Below are positions 8,525 through 15,973 of a DNA stretch of 18,053 nt, one piece after another. Position 1 is the first letter of the stretch; each line of letters opens with the position of its first letter. This DNA comes from Candidatus Eiseniibacteriota bacterium. Lineage in GTDB: Bacteria; Eisenbacteria; RBG-16-71-46. The stretch covers positions 1 to 18,053 of the forward strand of contig JANLWX010000169.1 of the NCBI GenBank assembly GCA_031364845.1. The letters are read 5' to 3'. The position numbers and the translations under genes are program-made. The notes under the pieces are model-generated. The model saw only the letters and a program-made list of their open reading frames with translations, did not search any database and was not told the origin of the DNA.

Positions 8525-9022
8525 TCATGTGCCCTCGCTCGCGGGATCGTTGGATACTTCCGCCTTGCGCCGTTTGCGCTGGAAGAACTCCCGCAGGATC
8601 GCGCCGCACTCCCCGGCGAGCACGCCCGAGGTGACCGGAACCCGGTGATTGAGCCGCGGCTCGTGGATGACGTCGAGCACCGAGCCGCACGCCCCGGCCT
8701 TCGGATCGTGAGCGCCGAACACCAGACGCCCCATCCGCGCGAGGATGATCGCCCCCGCGCACATCGCGCACGGCTCGAGCGTCACGTACATCGTGCACTC
8801 GTTGAGCCGCCACGAGCCGAGCGTGTTCGAGGCGGCGCCGATCGCGAGGATCTCCGCGTGCGCGGTCGCATCCTGCAGCCCTTCGGTCTGATTGTGCCCG
8901 CGTCCGATGACGAAACCGTCGTGGACGATCACGCATCCGACCGGAACCTCGTCACGCTCGCCGGACCGCTCGGCCTGCTGGAGTGCCGCGCGCATGCCGC
9001 GCTCGTCATCGAGAATCAGCAC
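8525..9022 (-). CDS. tadA: tRNA adenosine(34) deaminase TadA
   Basis: EVPVGCVIV, DATAHAE (HxE), LEPCAMC (PCxxC), DPKAGACGS, RLNHR and LREFF motifs. Start is likely GTG 9022 (alternative ATG 8995); the track extension to 9400 overlaps the upstream gene. Confidence 0.95.
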   Translation of the reverse strand: MLILDDERGMRAALQQAERSGERDEVPVGCVIVHDGFVIGRGHNQTEGLQDATAHAEILAIGAASNTLGSWRLNECTMYVTLEPCAMCAGAIILARMGRLVFGAHDPKAGACGSVLDVIHEPRLNHRVPVTSGVLAGECGAILREFFQRKRRKAEVSNDPASEGT

Positions 9023-9056
9023 GAGCGTGGTGCGACGCGAGCCCGGCGAAGCATGA

Positions 9057-9797
9057 CTAGCGAGTTCCGCCGGCCGCGGAATCCGATGCCGCGTGCTTCG
9101 CCGGGAACAGCTCGAGCCAGCGGGCGAACAGCGGCAGCACGACCTCGGGAAAACTCGGCGCGCCGGCCAGAGCGGTGATCGGCTTGGAATCGAGCCCCGA
9201 CGCGGTGACCCCGCCGATCGCGGCGTTCGGGCCGTGATCCGAACCTTCGCCTTTGTTGCTGCCGGATGCCGACCACACGAGCCGCCCGAGCGAGTCGACC
9301 AACGAGGCGCGGATCTGGACCTGCGTGAACGGCTTGCCGGTCTGGTTCCACTCGACCTGCTGTCGCTCCCATTGATCGACGCGCAGCGACAGCACGGCAT
9401 CGGAGCGCAGCCAGCCGCAAATCTGAGGAGCGGTGAGTGAATCGATGCGGTCGGCCTTGAGGATTCGAGCCTGCACCGCTTTCACGAGTGAATCGTTGCC
9501 GCCGCTGCGACTGCGCAGCAATTCCCGCGAGCTGCTCGCCGAGACCCAGCGATAACCGGTCTCGCGAAACGTCTGGCTGAACGCCTGCTCGACCACCTTC
9601 TGCGCTTCGAAGCTGTTGTCGAACGTCGCGATGGGGAGTACTGCGATCTTCTCGATGCCGAGCGCTGCGAAGTCGGGATGGACCCAGATCTTGTCGATCG
9701 CCTTGCCACGCTTGGGAGCGGCATTGCTTATCGGAGTCAGCAACGCGATGGCGGAGAGCGCGAGCAGAATGAGGCCGGCGATGATACGAAGCTTCAT
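9057..9797 (-). CDS. Secreted/periplasmic hypothetical protein (alpha/beta fold resembling DUF799/CsgG/TolB-N-like proteins)
   Basis: AAGGGG SD before ATG 9797; signal peptide MKLRIIAGLILLALSAIALLTPISNA; KIAVLP...DAVL...LVD...GRLVWSAS pattern. The fold call is an inference. Confidence 0.7.
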   Translation of the reverse strand: MKLRIIAGLILLALSAIALLTPISNAAPKRGKAIDKIWVHPDFAALGIEKIAVLPIATFDNSFEAQKVVEQAFSQTFRETGYRWVSASSSRELLRSRSGGNDSLVKAVQARILKADRIDSLTAPQICGWLRSDAVLSLRVDQWERQQVEWNQTGKPFTQVQIRASLVDSLGRLVWSASGSNKGEGSDHGPNAAIGGVTASGLDSKPITALAGAPSFPEVVLPLFARWLELFPAKHAASDSAAGGTR

Positions 9798-9926
9798 GAT
9801 CGATCCCCTTTCACGAGAAAGCCCCTGGAGTGGGCCCGCAAACGGGGGACGGCGGTGGGCCCGGAGTTGGCGTGCGGACCACGCGCGAAACGGAAGCCAC
9901 GCGATCCGGACCGAACCGGTTCGAAG

Positions 9927-10003
9927 TGGCGCGCCCTGGAGGATTTGAACCCCCAACCTTCTGATCCGTAGTCAGATGCTCTATCCAATTGAGCTAAGGG
10001 CGC
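9927..10003 (-). tRNA. tRNA-Arg(ACG)
   Basis: GCGCCCTTAGCTCAATTGGATAGAGCATCTGACTACGGATCAGAAGGTTGGGGGTTCAAATCCTCCAGGGCGCGCCA, 77 nt; cloverleaf, anticodon loop CT-ACG-GA, encoded CCA. Confidence 0.98.
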
Positions 10004-10064
10004 GCTTCGATTGCGCGTCGTGGGCCGCATGGCGGCCACGTTTCTCGCCGAGCGTCGGCACGTC

Positions 10065-10156
10065 TGGCGGAGAGGAGAGGATTCGAACCTCCGGATCAGT
10101 TTTACCCGATCAACCGCTTAGCAGGCGGCTGCCTTCAGCCACTCGGCCACCTCTCC
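10065..10156 (-). tRNA. tRNA-Ser(GCT)
   Basis: GGAGAGGTGGCCGAGTGGCTGAAGGCAGCCGCCTGCTAAGCGGT...GGTTCGAATCCTCTCCTCTCCGCCA, 92 nt; long variable arm, G discriminator, anticodon loop CT-GCT-AA. Confidence 0.98.
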
Positions 10157-10271
10157 AAAAATCGGTCATCGCGAGCGGAGCGTGGCGCCCGGATCCGCGG
10201 ATCTCCGAAGACATCTCGCGGCTGAGGGGGTCCAGATCCTGCGCTTGCGCCGACTGCTTTTGCGAGGAAGC

Positions 10272-10299
10272 ACCTTAGCCGATTTCGCGGCGCAGTCAA
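10272..10299 (-). promoter_or_regulatory. Putative sigma70 promoter of the tRNA-Ser(GCT)/tRNA-Arg(ACG) unit
   Basis: TTGACT (10299-10294) - 16 bp - TAAGGT (10277-10272). Confidence 0.6.
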
Positions 10300-10420
10300 A
10301 ACTGCCGGTTCGTGAACGATGCCGCACTGCGTACCGAGCGCGCGTTGCCGAGAACGCGCCGCAATTCAATGATTTGCCGCGCCGTCCGGATCACGGGAGC
10401 GCCTTCCGCGACTCGGAGCG

Positions 10421-10604
10421 AACCCCTGCGCAAACGATGCGCATCGGAAGCGGGGTTGGAGGGAAAACCTCTCCACACCACGGTTCTGCGGCGATGAGAG
10501 ATGACCGAGCGGGCTTTCCGATGGGGAGCTGATCCGGATGACCTCGGTCGGCAGAACCAGTGACACGATGCGGCCTCCTGCCAAACGGGAGGCCGCAATC
10601 TTTT
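10421..10604 (+). ncRNA. Candidate structured non-coding RNA, family not recognised
   Basis: Several adjacent or nested helices ending in a 12-bp hairpin plus ATCTTTT; G-U pairs favour the + strand; no credible ORF. Confidence 0.35.
10569..10604 (+). terminator. Intrinsic terminator-like hairpin (possibly bidirectional)
   Basis: TGCGGCCTCCTG-CCAAA-CGGGAGGCCGCA followed by ATCTTTT on +; also lies about 65 nt downstream of tRNA-Ser(TGA) on the minus strand. Confidence 0.6.
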
Positions 10605-10662
10605 GCAGGCGGCAGCTAGCTCGGCCGGCCCGGCTAGTTTCAGCAGGCCGGCATCCGGCGAA

Positions 10663-10748
10663 TGGCGGAGGGAGTAGGATTCGAACCCACGGAGCTTTCG
10701 CTCTCCGGTTTTCAAGACCGGCGCCTTAAACCACTCGGCCATCCCTCC
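10663..10748 (-). tRNA. tRNA-Ser(TGA), intact copy and integration site of the islet
   Basis: GGAGGGATGGCCGAGTGGTTTAAGGCGCCGGTCTTGAAAACCGGAGAGCGAAAGCTCCGTGGGTTCGAATCCTACTCCCTCCGCCA, 86 nt; anticodon loop CT-TGA-AA, variable arm, CCA. Confidence 0.98.
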
Positions 10749-10755
10749 CAAGACT
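10709..10755. repeat. 47-bp direct repeat, copy 1 (att site in the intact tRNA-Ser(TGA))
   Basis: TTTTCAAGACCGGCGCCTTAAACCACTCGGCCATCCCTCCCAAGACT, identical to 14710-14756. Confidence 0.97.
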
Positions 10756-10765
10756 GGCGGGACTT

Positions 10766-10794
10766 AACCTAGCCGATCCGGCTGAAGACGTCGA
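10766..10794 (-). promoter_or_regulatory. Putative islet-supplied replacement promoter for tRNA-Ser(TGA)
   Basis: TCGACG (10794-10789) - 17 bp - TAGGTT (10771-10766), with the -10 lying 17 nt upstream of the tRNA 5' end. Confidence 0.55.
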
Positions 10795-10877
10795 AAGCCT
10801 TGCGGATTACACTTTGGAGTATCCCTGCCCTGGGATCCGTTGCGCCTCCGCCTGCACACCGACCACAAGACATCGGC

Positions 10878-13800
10878 CTAACCGGCACTTTGCTTCACCG
10901 GCGGCGCGCCACATCCATATCCCTTAATAGTTTCCAGCAACTGCTTATACTCCGCCGGCGCTAATCGTTCATATGCCTCATCAATGGCCGCATTAAACCC
11001 CGGGCCTTCGGTCTCATCGCTGGGAATCACGCGTCCCCGCACGTTATTGTCTATTACGCTAACACAGTAACTCTTCCACCATGACGCGTAGCATTCAATC
11101 AGCTGAGTCCGTGGCAGGCCGAGGGCTCTCGCCTGGAGCGTAAAATTAAGACACACTCCGCTCCAGAAGGCGCCTGCAGCCTCACCATCGACTGCCTCAT
11201 CTGCGAAATCCGCAGCAACCTGAAGCCCAGTCGCCTGGACGAAACGCGCCAGATCTTCCCCACTGCCGCCTATTGCTCCCGGCTGCCGGTACCAACTCAT
11301 GGCTCCAAGTACTGACCCTGCGGTGTAAGCAACAATGCCTTGGTACCAGACGACAAAGTATGGTTGACGTCCCGCCTTCTGAACGGCTCCCGGAAAGTGA
11401 CCCGGCGATGCGACACAGCCATGCAGGCCATCCTCGGTGCGACCTATGCACCGCCCTGTTGCTGTCTCAATTTCAAACCAAGCGTAAGCGGATACACCTC
11501 CGATAAAAGTCCGTTCAGTCGGGATGCGCACGGACCACCTACCGTCCGCAAGCCTCTTCTCTATCAGGTTCCTTGCTTCTGATGTCAGGCCATTACAGCT
11601 ATCCAGAAGGGCTGCATTCTGATGAGTGACGGTAATAAGACCTCGATCAACTTCATGGTCGCAGTCACAAGCTGCTTTCAGGGTAATCTTTAATGGTACG
11701 GACGCATGTTCAGTAGGGGCGTCACAAATCATACGTTCGTAACCCACCGCCGATACTTCAAGGAGCCGCCCAGTCGCCGTGCCCATTAAGCCACGTAGCA
11801 CGTCTTGCAAAGCTTCCGCCGATGTCGTGCTAACGAAGATCCCGCCGCTCTTCGCAGCCAACAACTCCAAAGTTCGTCTTGCATTGCCGGAGTCAGGGAC
11901 CGCAAATCCGACCGTATGGATGACAATTCCTCCGCCTTCCTGATCGTAAACGGCGACCGGATCCGCCTCATCGGTATTCTCACCGTCCGTAAGTAGGATG
12001 CCAATCGTTGGGCGGTCCAGGGGGTCCTGTTTCCTAAGCTCCACAAGGCGTTCCACGACAGAGGCAATGGGCGTGGCCCCATCAGGTACTAACCCAGCCA
12101 CCGCCTGGGACATGCTGTGGAGAGTTGTCGTGAAATTCTGCTCTGTTCTGATGAGTAGTTCCTCGTCGCGGCCCGCTCCGGTAGTCGTGAATGACCACAG
12201 CGCCACTTCAGCGTCTATGCTGAAGTCTTTCGAAATGGTATCAATTGCTTTCACAACCTGATCGATGCGACGAACGCCATGTTCAGCGGGTACGGAGTCA
12301 GTTACGGACATTCCAAAGGCCATGCTGCCTGAACGGTCGATCGCGATGACTACGCGGGGCTTGAGGGCAACAGATTCGCTAGTATAAAAGTGTCCACTAC
12401 CGTCCGTCCGCCTAGAGCGCGAATCGGCTAGAGACCGGACAACAGCGTGGGGAATCCCCGCCTTATCATCTACCACTACCCCCGCCCTAACCGCGCTAAC
12501 AGATGCCAGAGTTACGCGAAGATCCTGCTGGTTCCACTTGCCGATAAGGCCTAGCGATCCACCTAAGATCGACACTTCAGCTTCCGTGTAATTGCCCGTC
12601 GGCAATAGCGTTTTCACCCTTTTTGAAAATGCTCTAATGGTCACATTGTGGCCCCCTATATCTACAAGCATCGGGACAGTAACCGGCAGGTTCTCGGCGG
12701 GCACGGCCATATGCGTCAGGCGCAGCAGCTGCCAATGCCCGTCAATGCCCCGCGCCAGGGCGGGGCCGTCTTGATTGTCAATGTTCCAAGAAACACCGGT
12801 GGATATATTTGTGGCCCTACCGACCACAAGACCGTCGCGCACTTCGACTCTAACACCAATCCGATATTTGTCTGCACCTTCCACCACGTCGTATATGGCT
12901 ACGGATCCGGGACGCAACATAAATCCGTCCTGAGCCCAGAGTGACCTGACCTCAAATCGAGGATCATATGATTTACTTGTTAGTGAGTTCGCGAGCACGG
13001 CGTCCACAATGGTCGCGCAGGCTTCACTGTCGGTACCGAACTCGACACTGTCCATGTCTGAGCCCACTTGAAACCGGTTTAGAACCCTGTCCGTTGGGAC
13101 CTCCGCCACTTCGCGAACACCGTGGGCAACAAGGCCTTGAGCACTGCGCACAATGCTGATTGGTGACGGCGTGGAGGGGCCCATAAGGACGCGAGACGAA
13201 CTCCCATTCAATTCCTCATATAGCAGGCGATCCAACTCACGTTCAAGCGTCCTCATACGCATTTCCGGAGCTTGCGCGGAGCGATTGAGGAAGTTGGAAA
13301 AGATTGTAGAAGCACTAACAACATCCTGCCCAGTGGCTCGATAGACGCATTCTGACTCGATAAGGTCGTTGCGAAGACCGCGGGCGAACTGGCATGCGAT
13401 AGCGTTACTGCCGACAATCGTGACGTCATTCGCAAGCACATCAAACGACAGTATCCCGCCAGATGCGACATCCCGCTTAGGTTGGCCTGCCGAATCGGGC
13501 ATCTCGAGGGCTATAATAGCTAGCCGCGGATCTAACCAAGACACGCGCGACTGCGTACTTGATGCGAATCCGTGCGTGGCCTCGTCGGAGGCCGTGAAAT
13601 AAGACATGCCGAGCATGGTGAGAGCTACAACAAGTGAGTCACAGACACCTTCACGTTGAAGGGCACCGAGAAGACGCCGGCGAGACTCGGCCGTTTGCGC
13701 AGTGTACGGACCGGTTGCCGTTGTAACACAATATATATCACCAGTCGAAGTTAAGCCGTGGCCAGCGACATTATCTGCAGGATCACGGCGGCGAAACAAT

Positions 13801-14540
13801 TCCCTATCTACTGATTGGCCCGTCGCGGGGGGGCTGAACTGTATCGATAGAGTAGCCCAATCGAACGGTCGGAGGTCGCTGGAGGTTGTAAGAGTTTCTC
13901 GACCTAGGTGAAGAGCGTACTGTACCCCGTTATTGATTGGAACTGTTGCGATCCACGCGGGTGTACAAATCCATTCTGCAACAAATGTTTGACGGGACCA
14001 ACGAGTGGTTTTGGAACCAAAGCCGTTGCGAACAAGATCGAAAGATATCTGCATAGGTCGAAGAGGGACAGCTTGCGAACGATCTATAGCACTCAAGGCG
14101 ACCCAATTAGTTCCGGCGTTGGCACGTCTCTCTGGTTTGTCGGCTTGTCCGAGCGCAATCACTATCCATTGATCTTGGTCCTTATAAGCGACTCTCGGTT
14201 GTGCCGCATCCGCAACGAGACGAGCGTGGTAGCCCGAGGCCTCCATCGCCGCAACGGCGAGCAGCGACCTATCCCATGCGTTGCCACCGCGTGACCAAAG
14301 AGTGCCGAATGGGCCGCGGACAACGTCGTTGTAAGTTTCGCGACTTAAGGAATCGCCGCAAAAGCGAATGATGCTTTGTGGATCTGTTCCAACTTCTGTT
14401 GCCACGGATGTAGGGAGAGCGAGCCAATAGGGCAACGTGTTTCTATTATGTGGCACCTTGAAAAATAGAACTGCCGCCACGACGATTGATGTGATGAGGG
14501 TCAAGATCCATAGGCGAGAGCTTGTCGCAAGGGAGCGCAA
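10878..14540 (-). CDS. Large membrane-anchored/secreted protein: transglutaminase-like N-terminal region, vWA domain with intact MIDAS, carboxypeptidase-regulatory-like beta-sandwich
   Basis: AGGAGG SD before TTG 14540. N-terminal hydrophobic helix. YNDVVRGPFGTLWSRGGNAWDRSLLAVAAMEASGYHARLV (transglutaminase-like). vWA motifs IAIDRSGSM, GATPI, ILLTDGE, IHTVGF and LAAKSGG. Confidence 0.85.
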   Translation of the reverse strand: MRSLATSSRLWILTLITSIVVAAVLFFKVPHNRNTLPYWLALPTSVATEVGTDPQSIIRFCGDSLSRETYNDVVRGPFGTLWSRGGNAWDRSLLAVAAMEASGYHARLVADAAQPRVAYKDQDQWIVIALGQADKPERRANAGTNWVALSAIDRSQAVPLRPMQISFDLVRNGFGSKTTRWSRQTFVAEWICTPAWIATVPINNGVQYALHLGRETLTTSSDLRPFDWATLSIQFSPPATGQSVDRELFRRRDPADNVAGHGLTSTGDIYCVTTATGPYTAQTAESRRRLLGALQREGVCDSLVVALTMLGMSYFTASDEATHGFASSTQSRVSWLDPRLAIIALEMPDSAGQPKRDVASGGILSFDVLANDVTIVGSNAIACQFARGLRNDLIESECVYRATGQDVVSASTIFSNFLNRSAQAPEMRMRTLERELDRLLYEELNGSSSRVLMGPSTPSPISIVRSAQGLVAHGVREVAEVPTDRVLNRFQVGSDMDSVEFGTDSEACATIVDAVLANSLTSKSYDPRFEVRSLWAQDGFMLRPGSVAIYDVVEGADKYRIGVRVEVRDGLVVGRATNISTGVSWNIDNQDGPALARGIDGHWQLLRLTHMAVPAENLPVTVPMLVDIGGHNVTIRAFSKRVKTLLPTGNYTEAEVSILGGSLGLIGKWNQQDLRVTLASVSAVRAGVVVDDKAGIPHAVVRSLADSRSRRTDGSGHFYTSESVALKPRVVIAIDRSGSMAFGMSVTDSVPAEHGVRRIDQVVKAIDTISKDFSIDAEVALWSFTTTGAGRDEELLIRTEQNFTTTLHSMSQAVAGLVPDGATPIASVVERLVELRKQDPLDRPTIGILLTDGENTDEADPVAVYDQEGGGIVIHTVGFAVPDSGNARRTLELLAAKSGGIFVSTTSAEALQDVLRGLMGTATGRLLEVSAVGYERMICDAPTEHASVPLKITLKAACDCDHEVDRGLITVTHQNAALLDSCNGLTSEARNLIEKRLADGRWSVRIPTERTFIGGVSAYAWFEIETATGRCIGRTEDGLHGCVASPGHFPGAVQKAGRQPYFVVWYQGIVAYTAGSVLGAMSWYRQPGAIGGSGEDLARFVQATGLQVAADFADEAVDGEAAGAFWSGVCLNFTLQARALGLPRTQLIECYASWWKSYCVSVIDNNVRGRVIPSDETEGPGFNAAIDEAYERLAPAEYKQLLETIKGYGCGAPPVKQSAG

Positions 14541-14709
14541 ATCGTACCCCTCCTTCGTTCACAAGCGTGCGTTGCACCTGCGCCATCGGCCAGAACTGTT
14601 GCGAGGAGAGCACGCGTTTGCAAGTAATGCAACCCCATTCAAGACCTCGATTTGGGGCTGTGCGCTCACACCGTCTTAGGCGGCGAACCGGCACAAAGGT
14701 CTGATCAGC

Positions 14710-14756
14710 TTTTCAAGACCGGCGCCTTAAACCACTCGGCCATCCCTCCCAAGACT
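14710..14756 (-). pseudogene. 47-bp direct repeat, copy 2: displaced 5' half of tRNA-Ser(TGA) (first 40 nt plus 7 nt of leader)
   Basis: On the minus strand reads AGTCTTG-GGAGGGATGGCCGAGTGGTTTAAGGCGCCGGTCTTGAAAA, then diverges (GCTGATCAG); no T arm or acceptor 3' strand follows. Confidence 0.95.
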
Positions 14757-14765
14757 TGGGGGCCG

Positions 14766-14794
14766 ATCCTAGCGGGACACGCCAGATGTATCCA
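14766..14794 (-). promoter_or_regulatory. Putative native tRNA-Ser promoter, now facing the half-tRNA and the islet cargo
   Basis: TGGATA (14794-14789) - 17 bp - TAGGAT (14771-14766), with the -10 lying 16 nt upstream of the half-tRNA; spans the rtcB start codon on the opposite strand. Confidence 0.5.
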
Positions 14795-15973
14795 CTATTC
14801 CCCAAAGCCATAGGCTTCCTCCCGGCCGCCGACATCGAGCCGCAGGCGCTGGTGCAGATCCGCAACGTGTCCGAGCTGCCGATCATCTTCCGGCACGTGG
14901 CGGTGATGCCCGACTGCCATCTCGGCATCGGAGCGACCATCGGCAGTGTGATCGCGACGCGTGACGCGGTCATCCCGGCGGCGGTCGGAGTCGACATCGG
15001 GTGCGGCATGATCGCGGTGCGCACGCCGTTTCCCGCTTCGAGCCTGCCCGCGGATCTGGCCGCGATCCGTCGCGGCATCGAAGGCCGGATCCCCTCCTCC
15101 GTGGGTAATTACAACGACGTGATCACACCGACTGCCGCAGCCCGCATCGCGGCGCTCGAAACACTCGCGGCGGCGGATGGCGTGAAGCCCGATCACTACG
15201 ATTCCAAGTGGAGGGTTCAACTCGGCTCACTCGGCGGCGGCAATCACTTCATCGAAGTCTGCGCGGACCTGCGCGATGACGTGTGGCTCGTGCTGCACTC
15301 GGGATCGCGGGGAGTCGGCAACAAGATCGCGCAAAAGTACATCGCCGCGGCCAAGCGGTTGATGGATCAGTCGGGGCTGACCCTCGCAGACAGGAACCTC
15401 GCCTATCTCCCGCAGGATTCGCCGTTGTTCGATCCCTATCTCAAAGCGCTCCACTGGGCGCAGGAGTTCGCGCGGCACAACCGTGACGAGATGATGGATC
15501 GAGTGCTCGAGGAAATGAGCGGGCGGTTCGAAGGCGCCGTCGGACATCCGGGCGAGCTCGAATCCGAGCGCATCAACTGCCACCACAACTTCGTCCAGCG
15601 CGAGCATCACTTCGGTGAGGACGTGTGGGTCACGCGCAAGGGCGCGATCCAGGCGCGAGCCGGGATGAAAGCCGTGATCCCGGGATCGATGGGCACGCGC
15701 AGCTACATCGTTTCGGGCCTCGGCAACTCGATGGCGTTCGAATCCGCGCCCCACGGCGCCGGCCGCCGTTTCTCGCGGACCGAAGCGCGGCGCCGCTTCA
15801 CGCTCGGCGATCTGAGCGAGCAGATGTCGGGGATCGAGTACCGGCACGAGAAAGGACTGCTCGATGAGATCCCGAGCGCGTACAAGGACATCGACCAGGT
15901 CATGGAGCACAGCCGGGATCTGGTGACGATCGAGCACACGCTGAGGCAGTTGATCAACGTGAAGGGTAACTAG
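14786..15973 (+). CDS. rtcB: RNA ligase RtcB (3'-phosphate/5'-OH ligase)
   Basis: VMPDCHLG, VGVDIGCGM, LGSLGGGNHFIE, LHSGSRG, CHHNF, RKGA, IPGSMG, SAPHGAGR and DEIPSAYKDI motifs. ATG 14786 preferred to TTG 14756, which touches the att repeat. Confidence 0.97.
   Translation: MYPLFPKAIGFLPAADIEPQALVQIRNVSELPIIFRHVAVMPDCHLGIGATIGSVIATRDAVIPAAVGVDIGCGMIAVRTPFPASSLPADLAAIRRGIEGRIPSSVGNYNDVITPTAAARIAALETLAAADGVKPDHYDSKWRVQLGSLGGGNHFIEVCADLRDDVWLVLHSGSRGVGNKIAQKYIAAAKRLMDQSGLTLADRNLAYLPQDSPLFDPYLKALHWAQEFARHNRDEMMDRVLEEMSGRFEGAVGHPGELESERINCHHNFVQREHHFGEDVWVTRKGAIQARAGMKAVIPGSMGTRSYIVSGLGNSMAFESAPHGAGRRFSRTEARRRFTLGDLSEQMSGIEYRHEKGLLDEIPSAYKDIDQVMEHSRDLVTIEHTLRQLINVKGN

Larger units (their letters stand above)
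10709..14756. mobile_element. ~4.0-kb tRNA-Ser-integrated genomic islet with no integrase and a single cargo gene
   Basis: Bounded by 47-bp perfect direct repeats 4001 bp apart. Three sampled 60-nt lines inside are 47-60% GC versus 72% in one sampled rtcB line. One ORF fills 10878-14540. Confidence 0.9.

Noticed and set aside
8466..8528. 20-codon ORF overlapping the tadA stop (ATGA) on the minus strand
   Set aside because: Too short, no recognisable features, and plausible by chance.
10615..10655. HDV-like (theta) ribozyme in the 3' trailer of tRNA-Ser(TGA)
   Set aside because: GCCGGCC/GGCCGGC and CTAGC/GCTAG can pair, but there is no room for the P3/L3 and P4 elements required.
10756..14709. 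Integrase or transposase remnant within the islet
   Set aside because: No recombinase motifs in any track ORF, and the non-coding ends are too short to hold one.
10663..14749. Split or intron-containing tRNA with the 4-kb region as an intron
   Set aside because: The downstream copy is a complete tRNA with its own 5' half, and no group I/II intron features or maturase/homing endonuclease are evident; att duplication explains it better.
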